From NCBI GenBank assembly GCA_965215605.1, contig OZ244070.1, positions 224,001-288,000 of the forward strand: a stretch of 64,000 nucleotides of DNA, given 5' to 3'. Positions 54,822 through 64,000 of this stretch are shown piece after piece; positions within the stretch are counted from its first letter, which is position 1; each line of letters starts with the position of its first letter. Below the pieces are notes generated by a model. It did no database searches, was not told the DNA's origin, and was given only the letters and a program-made list of their open reading frames with translations. This stretch comes from an uncultured Candidatus Binatia bacterium (GTDB taxonomy: Bacteria; Desulfobacterota; Binatia; UBA9968; JAJDTQ01). Made by a program: the position numbers and the translations under genes.

Positions 54822-55685
54822 ATGCGCCCCGAAATCGTTCCGTTCCTCTCCGCCATGGGCTGGGCCGTGGACTCGATCATGGTGCGCAAGGGCGCACGCA
54901 CGTCGAGCGTTCTCAGCGCGGCCTTCCTGAGCTACGTGGTGACCACCGTCCTGATGTGGTCGTACGTGGCGATCAACTTCCCGTTGTCGATCGTGCGCTC
55001 CCGCGCGGCCTTCTACTTCATGACCAGCGGCACCCTGCAGCCCCTGCTGGCGCGGATCTTTCTCTACATCGGGATCGAGCGCCTGGGGGTCGCCCGGGCC
55101 ATGCCCCTCCGCGGCATCGGGCCGCTCTTTTCCGTGGCCATCGCGGTGATGTTTCTCGCCGAACGCCCGGTCGCCTCGGTCTATCTCGGGGGGCTCTTCA
55201 TCGTCGCCGGCGGTTGGATGGTGCTGTACCGCAAGGGCTCCACCAAGCGCGACTGGCGGCTCCTCGACGCCCTCTACCCGGTCATGGCGGCATTCCTGGC
55301 GGGGGTTTCGCAGAACTTCCGCAAGGCCGGCCTGCTCATCCTGCCCAACCCGTTCGTGGCCGGCGCCGTGACCACCGGCACCTCGCTCACCATCTTCGTG
55401 GTCTACCTGTGGATCAAGCGGCAGTTCTCGGAGGTCATTCCGAGCCGGGAAAGCGTGCCCTACTTCGTGCCCACCGCCTTCGTCTCGGCCATCTCCCAAT
55501 TGCTGGTGTTCACCTCCCTGAACCTCGGCGACGTGTCGGTGATGATCCCGCTGCTCAACACCACCCCCCTCTTCTCCCTCATCTTCAGCGCAATCTTCCT
55601 GCGGGATCTCGAGAGAATCACGGTCCCCATCGTCCTCGGGGCGCTGTCTCTGCTGGGCGGCGCGGCTCTCATCACCGCGCGCTAG
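54822..55685 (+). CDS. EamA/DMT family transporter
   Basis: About 10 TM in two repeats, PLFS...FL.E motifs. Confidence 0.88.
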   Translation: MRPEIVPFLSAMGWAVDSIMVRKGARTSSVLSAAFLSYVVTTVLMWSYVAINFPLSIVRSRAAFYFMTSGTLQPLLARIFLYIGIERLGVARAMPLRGIGPLFSVAIAVMFLAERPVASVYLGGLFIVAGGWMVLYRKGSTKRDWRLLDALYPVMAAFLAGVSQNFRKAGLLILPNPFVAGAVTTGTSLTIFVVYLWIKRQFSEVIPSRESVPYFVPTAFVSAISQLLVFTSLNLGDVSVMIPLLNTTPLFSLIFSAIFLRDLERITVPIVLGALSLLGGAALITAR

Positions 55686-55814
55686 TGACCTGTCCCACTC
55701 CGAGGAGATACCGGAATCGGCCACCGCGAGGCACAACCCGTTGACACGCAAGGGCCAGCCACACCTGACGCCACTCCTTCCAGGCGTCCGGTGCGAGCCT
55801 TTGAGACAGGCGGG

Positions 55815-56783
55815 TCAGTCCACCCGGTTCCGCCGCTCGCCGCGCCGGAACGCCTGGACGTTCTCGAACACTTCGTCCATCAGGCGCTGGCGGGTCTCGC
55901 GGGCGGCCCAGGCGCAGTGGGGAGTGATCAGGAGGTTGTCCAGCCGGGCCGCCGCCTCCATCATCGGATGACCCTCGTCCGGCGGTTCCTGGGAGATGAC
56001 GTCCAGGGCCGCGCCCGCGATCCACTCCTGCTCCAACGCCTCGATCAGGGCCGCCTCCTCCACCAGCCCGCCGCGTGCGGTATTGACGAGGTAGGCGGTG
56101 GGTTTCATCAGGGACAGCGTGTGCGGGTTGATGAAGCCTTCGGTGAGAGGCGTCAGCGGACAATGCAGGCTCACGAAGTCGGCCTGCCGCAGCAGTGCCT
56201 CCACCGACATCCGGTCCGGCTGCGGCGGGTCCTCCCCCACCCGGCCGGCCACGATCACCTTCAGCCCGAAGACCCGGGCCATCTCCGCCACCTTGCGCCC
56301 GATGTTGCCGTAACCGACGATGCCCAGCACCCGCCCCTGGAGCTCGAAGCTCGGGTAGTCGTGGCGGGTGAAGATGGTGCTCTCCTGCCAGTGGCCCATG
56401 CGCGTTCCCTGGGCATAGCGTGCCGCCTGGGTAGCCAGTTCCAGGATCAGTGCCAGGGTGTACTGGGCCACCGCCGTGGTGGCGTAGCCCGGGACGTTGC
56501 ACACGGCGATGCCGCGTTCCCTGGCGCAGGCGACGTCGACGTTGTCCGTGCCGGTGGCGCCGACGGCGATCAACTCCAGCTTCGCCGCCGAAGGGTGCTC
56601 CAGCCGCGGCCGGTCGAGGACGAACTTGTTGATGACCGCGCACTGGCGGCCCTTGAGCCGCGCGGGCCACTCGCCGGCCTCCGTGAGCTCGTACACCTCG
56701 CAGCCGCCGGCTTGCTCGAACCGGTCCAGCGAGAGGACCCCGAAGGTCGCCGCGTCCAGAAACGTCACGCGGAACCCGCTCAC
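55815..56783 (-). CDS. D-2-hydroxyacid dehydrogenase (glycerate/hydroxypyruvate reductase-like)
   Basis: ATGTDNVD, GYGNIG, HCPLT, NTARG, TPHCAW. Confidence 0.92.
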   Translation of the reverse strand: MSGFRVTFLDAATFGVLSLDRFEQAGGCEVYELTEAGEWPARLKGRQCAVINKFVLDRPRLEHPSAAKLELIAVGATGTDNVDVACARERGIAVCNVPGYATTAVAQYTLALILELATQAARYAQGTRMGHWQESTIFTRHDYPSFELQGRVLGIVGYGNIGRKVAEMARVFGLKVIVAGRVGEDPPQPDRMSVEALLRQADFVSLHCPLTPLTEGFINPHTLSLMKPTAYLVNTARGGLVEEAALIEALEQEWIAGAALDVISQEPPDEGHPMMEAAARLDNLLITPHCAWAARETRQRLMDEVFENVQAFRRGERRNRVD

Positions 56784-57298
56784 GGCCGTTCCTTCCCTCC
56801 GGGGCCGATCTCATCCTGGTAATACGGCACCTCGGTCCCCTTCTTGTAGATGCCGCGGAACGGCTTTCCGCCTCCCGCCCCCGGGCCGGCGTAAACCCCC
56901 ACCTTGCCGGAGTCCGGGTAGTGCACGATGTCCGGATACTGCATGGTGCTCACGCACAGGTAGCGCAGGTCCGCCCCGGACGTGTTGACGAGCTGGTGGG
57001 CCATCTCCACGCCGCCCGGGCAGGCGATGAACGTGCCGGCTCGCACCGCCACCTCCTCGTCGCCGAACCGAAGCGTCCCCTCGCCCTCCAGGATGCAGAT
57101 CAGCTCCTCGTTGAGGGTGTGGACGTGAATCGGAAACGCGGTCTTGCCCGGGGGAACGGAAAAGAGCCCATAGCCCAGTTTTTGCGCGCCCACGGCCAGA
57201 CCGACCCGCTGCCGTGTGCCGCCGAAAGACGTGCCCTCCGGGGCCGAGATGGGCTCCTCGGGGACATCGGAAACGTGAACGATATGCTTGTGGCTCAT
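56780..57298 (-). CDS. cupin domain protein
   Basis: PIHVHTLNEE, AHQLVN, YPDSGK. Confidence 0.85.
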   Translation of the reverse strand: MSHKHIVHVSDVPEEPISAPEGTSFGGTRQRVGLAVGAQKLGYGLFSVPPGKTAFPIHVHTLNEELICILEGEGTLRFGDEEVAVRAGTFIACPGGVEMAHQLVNTSGADLRYLCVSTMQYPDIVHYPDSGKVGVYAGPGAGGGKPFRGIYKKGTEVPYYQDEIGPGGKERP

Positions 57299-57402
57299 GG
57301 GTGGTCCTCCCTGACGTTCCTTGTAAACCATTCACGGCGATGGATCAGGCTTGCGCGGACTGGCCGGTTTCGTTCGAAGTGCTGCATTGCTACGGTCCCG
57401 CC

Positions 57403-58023
57403 ATGAGCCTGCTGCTCGCCTATGCCATGGGGTTCTCCGTCGCCTCCATGCCGGGTCCCATCCTCGCCCTCATCGCCACCGAGACGCTGCGCAGGGGCGC
57501 GTGGCCGGGCGCGCAGACGGCGCTGGCGCCCATGTGCGTGGACGCCTGCGTCATGCTGCCGCTGGTCATGGCGCTCCAGTCCTCGGTCCCGTCGGGTGCC
57601 GGCGCCGTGGTCATCGGCCTAGCCGGCGGCGCGTTCCTGTTGTGGCTCGGACTTCAGTCCCTCCGCGCCGGACCGGCGCCCGTGGTACCGGCCGCCCGCC
57701 ACGGCTCACGAACGCTGCCCCCCTTTCTCAAGAGCGTTCTGACCCAGCTCATGAATCCCTATGCCTACATCTTCTGGGGCACCGTGGGGTTCGCGTTCGT
57801 GCGCGACGGTTTCGAGGCCCACGGCCTGAGGGGCGCGCTGTCGTTTCCCGCCGGTTTCTGGCTCGGGGCCGGCACCATGAACTTCCTGGTGGTGTATCTC
57901 GTGAGCCGGGGCAGGCGCTACCTGCCGGCCCGCACGGAGCCTTACGTGCACGTCTTCTCGGGCATCCTGCTGATCGCGGCCGGGGCGTTCCTGGTCTGGG
58001 CCGTGTTCAGCGACCACCTGTAA
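57403..58023 (+). CDS. LysE/RhtB family transporter
   Basis: MPGP, G..FLLWLG, NPYAYIFW. Confidence 0.85.
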   Translation: MSLLLAYAMGFSVASMPGPILALIATETLRRGAWPGAQTALAPMCVDACVMLPLVMALQSSVPSGAGAVVIGLAGGAFLLWLGLQSLRAGPAPVVPAARHGSRTLPPFLKSVLTQLMNPYAYIFWGTVGFAFVRDGFEAHGLRGALSFPAGFWLGAGTMNFLVVYLVSRGRRYLPARTEPYVHVFSGILLIAAGAFLVWAVFSDHL

Positions 58024-58039
58024 CCCGCCGCGGCACGGC

Positions 58040-58864
58040 TCATCCGGCCTTCTCCCCTTGTCCGAGGGTCTTGGCCTCGTCCCACAACGCGTCCATTTCC
58101 TCGAAGGACGCCTCGCCCACGGTCTTGCCACGGGCCGCGAGCTCCCTTTCGATGTGGGCGAAGCGCTTGTGGAAACGCTCAATGGTGCCCGCCAGCGCCT
58201 CTTCCGCCTGGACCTTCAGGAACCGGCTCAGATTGACCACCGAGAACAGCACGTCCCCGAGCTCCGCCTCCACGCGAGACGCTTCGCCGCTTGCGGCCGC
58301 CTCCCTCAGTTCCTCCAACTCTTCCTCGACCTTGCGCCACACGGGTTCCGCGTCCGGCCAGTCGAACCCGACCCCGGCGGCCTTGTCGCCGATGCGCTGG
58401 GCCCGGGCCAGCGCCGGCATGGCCCGGGGCACGGACGTGAAGAGGGAATGCCCCTGGGCGCCGTCCGAGGACTTCTCCAGCGCCTTGACCTTCTCCCAGT
58501 TCCGCAGCACCGCGCCCGAGTCCGCGGCCTGCTCGCCGCCGAAGACATGCGGGTGCCGCCGCACCAGCTTGTCCCGCAGGCCGGTCACCACCTCCCCGAT
58601 GGCGAACCGATCCTCCTCGCCGGCCATCTGGGCATGGAACAGCACCTGCAGCAGAACATCGCCGAGCTCGTCCTGAATGGCGGAGTCGTCATTTTCGTCG
58701 ATGGCTTCCAGGAGCTCGTAGGTCTCTTCCAGGGCGTAGCGCTTGAGCGACGCGTGAGTCTGCTCCCGGTCCCACGGGCACCCGTCCTTGCCCCGCAAAC
58801 GGGCCATGACTCCGACGAGCTCCTCGAAAAGCTCGCCCGTGTTCTTCTGCCTTCCGTCGCCCAC
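58040..58864 (-). CDS. mazG: nucleoside triphosphate pyrophosphohydrolase MazG
   Basis: GCPWDREQT, EETYE, ELGDVL..., RRHPHVF, GFDW; start uncertain (GTG 58864). Confidence 0.93.
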   Translation of the reverse strand: MGDGRQKNTGELFEELVGVMARLRGKDGCPWDREQTHASLKRYALEETYELLEAIDENDDSAIQDELGDVLLQVLFHAQMAGEEDRFAIGEVVTGLRDKLVRRHPHVFGGEQAADSGAVLRNWEKVKALEKSSDGAQGHSLFTSVPRAMPALARAQRIGDKAAGVGFDWPDAEPVWRKVEEELEELREAAASGEASRVEAELGDVLFSVVNLSRFLKVQAEEALAGTIERFHKRFAHIERELAARGKTVGEASFEEMDALWDEAKTLGQGEKAG

Positions 58865-58875
58865 GCGAAATCCGT

Positions 58876-59265
58876 CTAGTCTTCCCGGGGCGCCCCGACC
58901 CATCCGGTATCGGAGACGTCGATCTCCTGCTCGTCCGGGCCGGTGACCTTGACCTCGAAATAGGACTGGGGGTGGGACGGGTCCGTGGGATTGATCCGCG
59001 CCATGTCCGTAAGCTGCCCGCCGCCCAGCCCCGCGACCCGCTCCACCGCCTTCTCGAGGTTGTCCACCTGAAAACCGAAATGGTCCACGCCCGCGGGCGA
59101 GGTCGGCGTCCTCAGGTTCAGGATCGCCATATTGATGTGGCCGTCGGACAGGTAGACGCCGCTCCGTCCCTTGCCTACCTCCTGGAGGTCGAACGCCTCT
59201 TTGTAGAACGCCGCCGTCTTGGCCACGTCGCGGGTCCTTATCGCAATGTGCTTGAGTCGCGCCAT
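58876..59265 (-). CDS. VOC/glyoxalase family protein
   Basis: LKHIAI, FYKEAF, DHFGFQV. Confidence 0.85.
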   Translation of the reverse strand: MARLKHIAIRTRDVAKTAAFYKEAFDLQEVGKGRSGVYLSDGHINMAILNLRTPTSPAGVDHFGFQVDNLEKAVERVAGLGGGQLTDMARINPTDPSHPQSYFEVKVTGPDEQEIDVSDTGWVGAPRED

Positions 59266-59392
59266 GTCACCCTCCCGTGAACAGGTTTCTGGGCCACACT
59301 CTATAGCAAAACCGGCCAAGTTTCATTCCTTCTCCGAGCTCGTCCGGCGTCGTCGCTCACAAATGCGGTGGTGAACCGCTAGACTCCGCTCC

Positions 59393-60628
59393 ATGAGCTT
59401 CGGGCGCCCCGGCTTGTCCATCTCCGTGTTCTGGTTCACGTTCTTCGGGGCGCTGGGCATCTTCTTCCCCTACTACAGCCTCTACCTCAACGAGAACGCG
59501 GGCCTCAGCGGCACCCAGCTCGGGCTGGTGCTCTCCGTCATGCCGCTGGTGGGCATCGTCGCACAGCCGTTCTGGGGGCAGGTGGCGGACCGCACCGGCG
59601 CCCGCGGCCCTCTCGTGGCGTTCCTCTGCATGGTAGCCGCCACGGGATTCGTGCTGCTGGGGCTGGCGCCGGGGTTCGTGCTGATTCTCCTGGCCGCCGT
59701 CTTCCTGGCGTTCTTCTCGACTCCGGTGATCCCCCTGTCGGTGTCCGTGGCGCTGGCGGCGTTTCGCTTTTCCGGGCCCCACGCCTACGGTTTCGCGCGT
59801 TCGTGGGGCACCGTGGGTTTCCTGGTCTCGGTACTGGTCTTTCCGCTGGCCCTGGACCGGGTACAGGTATGGCGGGGACTGAGCCCGGTGCCGGGCGGCC
59901 CGTCGGAACCGGGCCTGGGGGTCATGTTCCTGGGCACCGCCGCCGTCGTGCTGCTGGCGTCGGCGCTGGCCCTGGCTCTCCCACGGGAGGGCCTCGTATC
60001 CCAACGGGCGGTACGAGGCGAATGGCGCGTCCTGCTCCGCCGAGGCCCCATGCGCCGCATGTTGTTCTTCGCCTTCAGCGCCTACCTCTTCGTGACCGGC
60101 CCCATGGGACTCCTGCCGGTGTACGTTCGCGCCCAGGGCGGCACCCTGGAGACGGTACAGAACATGTGGATCCTCATGTTGGTCGTCGAGGTCCCGCTGA
60201 TCCTGTGCACCGGCATGGGGCTCAAACGCATCGGCGCCCGGGGACTGCTGGCCGCGGGGGTGCTGGCCGGCGGCGTGCGCTGGACGGTGTGCGGACTCAC
60301 CGCCAACCCCTACTGGATCTATCCCGTGCAGATGCTCCACGGCGTGATGGTGACGGGCCTGATGATGGGCGGGCCGCTGTACGTGGACCGGGTAGCCCCC
60401 GGGCGGCTGCGGTCCACCGCCCAGGGCCTGGTGGCCATGGTGGGACTCGGGCTCGGCGGCATCGCCTCCAACACCGCCGCCGGCTGGATACTCGATCACT
60501 TCGGCGCCAACGCACCGTACCTCATCGGCGGCATCGGCGCGCTGGTAGTAGGGCTGGCCATCGGCTGGATCCTGCCGCCGGTGGCGCACGAGGACGAGAC
60601 GGGGAAGGCCACGTCCGCGGGCGACTAG
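59393..60628 (+). CDS. MFS transporter (MFS_1_like/HcaT-NupG type)
   Basis: FFPYYSLYL, WGQVADRTG, YGFARSWGTVGF, QMLHG. Confidence 0.88.
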   Translation: MSFGRPGLSISVFWFTFFGALGIFFPYYSLYLNENAGLSGTQLGLVLSVMPLVGIVAQPFWGQVADRTGARGPLVAFLCMVAATGFVLLGLAPGFVLILLAAVFLAFFSTPVIPLSVSVALAAFRFSGPHAYGFARSWGTVGFLVSVLVFPLALDRVQVWRGLSPVPGGPSEPGLGVMFLGTAAVVLLASALALALPREGLVSQRAVRGEWRVLLRRGPMRRMLFFAFSAYLFVTGPMGLLPVYVRAQGGTLETVQNMWILMLVVEVPLILCTGMGLKRIGARGLLAAGVLAGGVRWTVCGLTANPYWIYPVQMLHGVMVTGLMMGGPLYVDRVAPGRLRSTAQGLVAMVGLGLGGIASNTAAGWILDHFGANAPYLIGGIGALVVGLAIGWILPPVAHEDETGKATSAGD

Positions 60629-60653
60629 CCGGAGAGGGCGGCCGCGGCGGGGA

Positions 60654-61616
60654 TCAATCCAGCTTCACCAGCTTCTGCAGGCTGCGCATCTCCCGCGGCG
60701 GTTCCAGCCGCCGGCCCATGATGGTCCAGGACACCTCGGCCACGTAGAGGTTCCGGTTGGAATCCAGGCAGATCCCGTGGGGGGCGATGAACTGGCCCGG
60801 CCCTTCGCCCATGACCGGATCGCCGAAGCGCCCCAGCTCGATGCCGTCGGCGTCGCGGATGACGATGCGGTGGCCGATGTTGGGATAGGCGCCGTTCTGG
60901 GAGGTGCCGGGGCCAAGCTCGCCGATGTAGCAGACGGGCTTGGCGCCGCTGCCCAGGGTCTCCATGTAGAGCGCGCAGGGACGGTGCAGGTTGTCGCACC
61001 ACTGGGTCTCGAAACGACCCTTGCCGTCGAACACCTGAATGCGGTGGTTCTCACGGTCAGCCACGTAGACCCAGCCGTCGCCATCGGTGCAGACGTTGTG
61101 GACCAGGTTGAACTGGCCCGGGTCGGTGCCGGGCTCGCCCCACGAAAAAAGCAGCTTGCCGTCCGGCGAGTACTTGTGCACGCGCGAGTTGCCGTAGCCG
61201 TCCGAGACGTAGATCTCGCCCTGCGGCGAGAAGGCGACATGGGTGCAGCGGTTGAAGGGGTCGCCTTTCTGAAACTCCGCCGCCTTGCCCGGAACCCCGA
61301 GGGTCATCAGCACCTTGCCGTCCAGCGTGCACTTGCGCACCGTGTGGTCGCCGTCGTCGGTAAGGAAAATGGTGTCGTCCTGCCCCATGGTGACGCCGTG
61401 CGCGCGGGCGAACACACCCTCGCCCCAGGTCCGCAGGAACCGCCCGTCCTTGTCGAACACGATCATCGGGTGCTCGCCCCGGGTGAAGCAGTAGACGTTG
61501 TCCTTTCCGTCCACCCCGACCCCGGCCACTTCCTTGAAGGTCATGCCGTCCGGCAGTTGCGCCCACCCTTCCTGAACCTCGTAACGGAACGAGCCGCTTC
61601 CCAGTATCGTGCTCAT
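60654..61616 (-). CDS. NHL-repeat beta-propeller (PAL-like)
   Basis: VSDGYGNSRV, GQFNLVH, VADRENHRIQVF, PHGI repeats. Confidence 0.85.
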   Translation of the reverse strand: MSTILGSGSFRYEVQEGWAQLPDGMTFKEVAGVGVDGKDNVYCFTRGEHPMIVFDKDGRFLRTWGEGVFARAHGVTMGQDDTIFLTDDGDHTVRKCTLDGKVLMTLGVPGKAAEFQKGDPFNRCTHVAFSPQGEIYVSDGYGNSRVHKYSPDGKLLFSWGEPGTDPGQFNLVHNVCTDGDGWVYVADRENHRIQVFDGKGRFETQWCDNLHRPCALYMETLGSGAKPVCYIGELGPGTSQNGAYPNIGHRIVIRDADGIELGRFGDPVMGEGPGQFIAPHGICLDSNRNLYVAEVSWTIMGRRLEPPREMRSLQKLVKLD

Positions 61617-61873
61617 GCAACCCCCTTCATCTCACGGTCCTCGTTTGTGTCCCTGTCGTTCGCAGAGCCTGAGATCACCATCGACTGCAACGCGAAACGC
61701 GTGCCTCAAGCTGTTTGTCGCAGCGGCGGGTCAAGCGCCACTCGTTGAACGTAAGTACTTTGGCGTCGAACAGCAACCGGCTCCATTCCGCCACCGATGG
61801 AGCCGATCTCACTCGCTACCGCCGCGGGACCACCCGGCTTGAACAATCACCCTCCCCTGTCTAAGATCGCCCG

Positions 61874-63607
61874 ATGGCGGTTCGGCTGGAAACGGATGTG
61901 CTGGTCATCGGCGGCGGCATCGCCGGGGCTTTCGCGGCTTATCGGGCGCGGGAGGCGGGGGCGCGGGTGCTGCTGGTGGACCGTTCCTACTTCGGCCGAA
62001 GCGGCTGCAGCGCGCTGGCTTCCGGAGTCTATCCCGCCTACATGCCGGGCGACGACAAGAACGCGTGGATGCGGGCCTTCGGCGGACCGCTGGTGAACCA
62101 GCCCCTGGTGGCCAGGTCGCTCCCGGTCATGCACGAGCACGTGATGCTCATGGACCGCTGGGGCGTCAACTGGGTCAAGGAAGGCCGCAAGATCGTCCGC
62201 ATGGGCGCTCCGGGACGCTCCTTCGCCAACGGCGTCTGGATGGCCGAAGGCGGCCCGCAGATGATGATGGCGGTGCGCTCGGGCGTCGTGGGAAGCGGCG
62301 TCGAGGTGCTGAACCGGGTGGCGCTGACCGAGCTTCTGACCTCCGACGGCCAGTTGCCCACCGCGGGGCGCGTGGTCGGCGCCTGCGGCTTCCACACCCG
62401 AACCGGGGAGGTTCACGAGATCACGGCCAAGGCGACCGTGGTCTGCACCGGCCCCTACAAGTTCCCCTACCCCTGGCCCGGAAGCACGCTCGGCTACATG
62501 CCCATCGACCTCTCCGGCGACGGCATCGCGATGATGATGCGCGCCGGCGCGGAGCTGTCGCGCCTGGAGCTGGGCGGCATCAACCTGAACCCGGACAACG
62601 CGCTTTCCGCTCCCGGCCTGGAGTCGCTGATGCCGTCGGGGGCCAAGTGGGTGGACAAGGACGGCCGGCGGTTCCTGGAGGACTACGACCCCAAGCGCAT
62701 GGAGATGACCCAACGGGCGCTGCTCTACTTCGCCGTCGCGCACCAGAAGGAAAAGGGACAGGTGCCCTCCATGGACCTGCGAGAGGTATCGCCGGAGCGG
62801 ATGCAGCTCATCCGGCGGGTGATCCCCATCGTCGTCAACAACCAGGAAGCCATGGTGGGCGACCTCACCGAGAAACCGGTCCCCTACACCTTCCAGGTGG
62901 CCGGCACCAGCGGCATCTTCGGCGCCGGCGCACGGGTCACCGAACGGGGGGAGACCACCGTGCCGGGGCTCTACGCCGCCGGCACCTGCACCGACATGAC
63001 CTATCTCCCGGGCGGCAACCTGCCCTTCTGCTCCGTCACCGGCGACTGGACCGGCCGGGCCGTGGGGGCGGCCGTGGGGGCGGCGGAGCCGCCGCAAGCG
63101 CCCGCCGAGCAGGTCGAGCGGGTGACGGCGCGGATCGTCGAGCCGCTCCAGCGCCGGGACGGTATCGCCTTCGAACCGGTCCACCGCCGGCTCGGCGAGA
63201 TGCTGATGGAGAAGGTCGGGCTCGTGCTCCACGCCGACCGCTTGGACGCCGCCTTGGCCGAGCTCCGTGACATGCGCGCTCATCAGGTGCCGCGGCTCAC
63301 CGCGCGCAACCCTCACGAACTCGCCAAAGTCTGGGGCCTCGACCAGTATACGCAGGTACTGGAGGCGACGCTCCGCGCCTACCGCCACCGCACCGAAAGC
63401 CGAGTGGCCTTCATCCGCGAGGACTACCCGGTGATAGACAACGTCAACTGGGTGAAGATGGTGGTGGTGAAGCAAGAGAACGGCGCCCTCAGGCTGTGGG
63501 ACGAACCCCTGCCCGAGTCCTGGCACGACCCCCATCCGGTGCGGCCCACGCAACACCCGCATCTCGTTTTCCGCAACCGCGAGGAGGCCCCCGGTGCCGC
63601 GCGTTGA
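61874..63607 (+). CDS. FAD-binding oxidoreductase, AprA/SdhA-like flavoprotein
   Basis: DVLVIGGGIAG, GRSG, SGDG, TTVPGLYAAG, RTESR...REDYP. Confidence 0.82.
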   Translation: MAVRLETDVLVIGGGIAGAFAAYRAREAGARVLLVDRSYFGRSGCSALASGVYPAYMPGDDKNAWMRAFGGPLVNQPLVARSLPVMHEHVMLMDRWGVNWVKEGRKIVRMGAPGRSFANGVWMAEGGPQMMMAVRSGVVGSGVEVLNRVALTELLTSDGQLPTAGRVVGACGFHTRTGEVHEITAKATVVCTGPYKFPYPWPGSTLGYMPIDLSGDGIAMMMRAGAELSRLELGGINLNPDNALSAPGLESLMPSGAKWVDKDGRRFLEDYDPKRMEMTQRALLYFAVAHQKEKGQVPSMDLREVSPERMQLIRRVIPIVVNNQEAMVGDLTEKPVPYTFQVAGTSGIFGAGARVTERGETTVPGLYAAGTCTDMTYLPGGNLPFCSVTGDWTGRAVGAAVGAAEPPQAPAEQVERVTARIVEPLQRRDGIAFEPVHRRLGEMLMEKVGLVLHADRLDAALAELRDMRAHQVPRLTARNPHELAKVWGLDQYTQVLEATLRAYRHRTESRVAFIREDYPVIDNVNWVKMVVVKQENGALRLWDEPLPESWHDPHPVRPTQHPHLVFRNREEAPGAAR

Positions 63608-63785
63608 AGTCAACCCACAGGCGTGCACCGGCTGCGGCGTCTGCGTCGACACCTGCCCCACCGACGTCCTGCGCCTCGACCCACAACGGAAGGCATCCAT
63701 GGCCTATCCCGCGGACTGCCAAGGCTGCTTCGTGTGCCAGTGGGACTGCGCCTACGGCGCCATCCGCGTCGTGGTGAAGGACTAG
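63594..63785 (+). CDS. 4Fe-4S dicluster ferredoxin (AprB-like)
   Basis: CTGCGVCVDTCP and CQGCFVCQWDC. Confidence 0.88.
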   Translation: MPRVEVNPQACTGCGVCVDTCPTDVLRLDPQRKASMAYPADCQGCFVCQWDCAYGAIRVVVKD

Positions 63786-63946
63786 GAGCCTGCGCCGCAG
63801 GGATTCGCGAAAGCGAAAATTCGCTATCGCCGTCCCTTCGGTCGGTCGATTGAGGAGAATATCATGTCATATTTGACGAAATCGAGCGGCCGAAGGGACG
63901 GATGAGAGCGGATTTGCAGCCGTGAATTCCTGCGGCGCAGGCTCCT
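63784..63946. mobile_element. MITE-like long inverted-repeat element
   Basis: TIRs aggagcctgcgccgcagg / cctgcggcgcaggctcct, inner arms ccgtcccttcggtcg / cggccgaagggacgg; non-coding; further TIR-like copies at 63948 and 63972. Confidence 0.7.
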
Positions 63947-64000
63947 CGGAGCCTGCGCCGCAAGTAGAGGCAGGAGCCTGTCCGCTTAGGGGCGACCCGC

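Noticed and set aside
60654-61616. PAL-like NHL protein as a RiPP amidating enzyme
   Set aside because: It lies about 39 kb from the cluster, the cores do not end in Gly, and the family is common.

Overview
High-GC bacterial chromosomal window, mostly catabolic and transport genes: two hydantoinase/oxoprolinase A+B sets, two xanthine-dehydrogenase/Cox-family M-S-L clusters, a TorA/BisC-type molybdoenzyme, TRAP and tripartite tricarboxylate transporters, MFS/DMT/LysE carriers, yefM-yoeB, selC (tRNA-Sec), ssb, mazG and an AprA/AprB-like pair. Two accessory regions stand out. (1) About 10.5-21.9 kb is a RiPP-like cluster. It has two 86-aa nitrile-hydratase-leader (NHLP/proteusin-type) precursors with very short Trp-terminated cores (IGDIHTW, SWSALW), a C39-peptidase ABC exporter pair, two flavin-dependent Trp-halogenase-family enzymes and two CmcJ/NvfI-like Fe/2OG-type oxygenases. 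No YcaO, LanM or radical SAM enzyme is present. This is the best candidate for an undescribed system. (2) About 38.2-44.7 kb is an island encoding a lipoprotein, YcjX/YcjF homologues (YcjF with 186-bp internal repeats), a secreted PD-(D/E)xK-like protein and a frameshifted Rpn C-terminal remnant, with a 23-bp direct repeat bracketing ycjXF. All family calls come from motif recognition by eye. No database searches were run, and some start codons are judgement calls.
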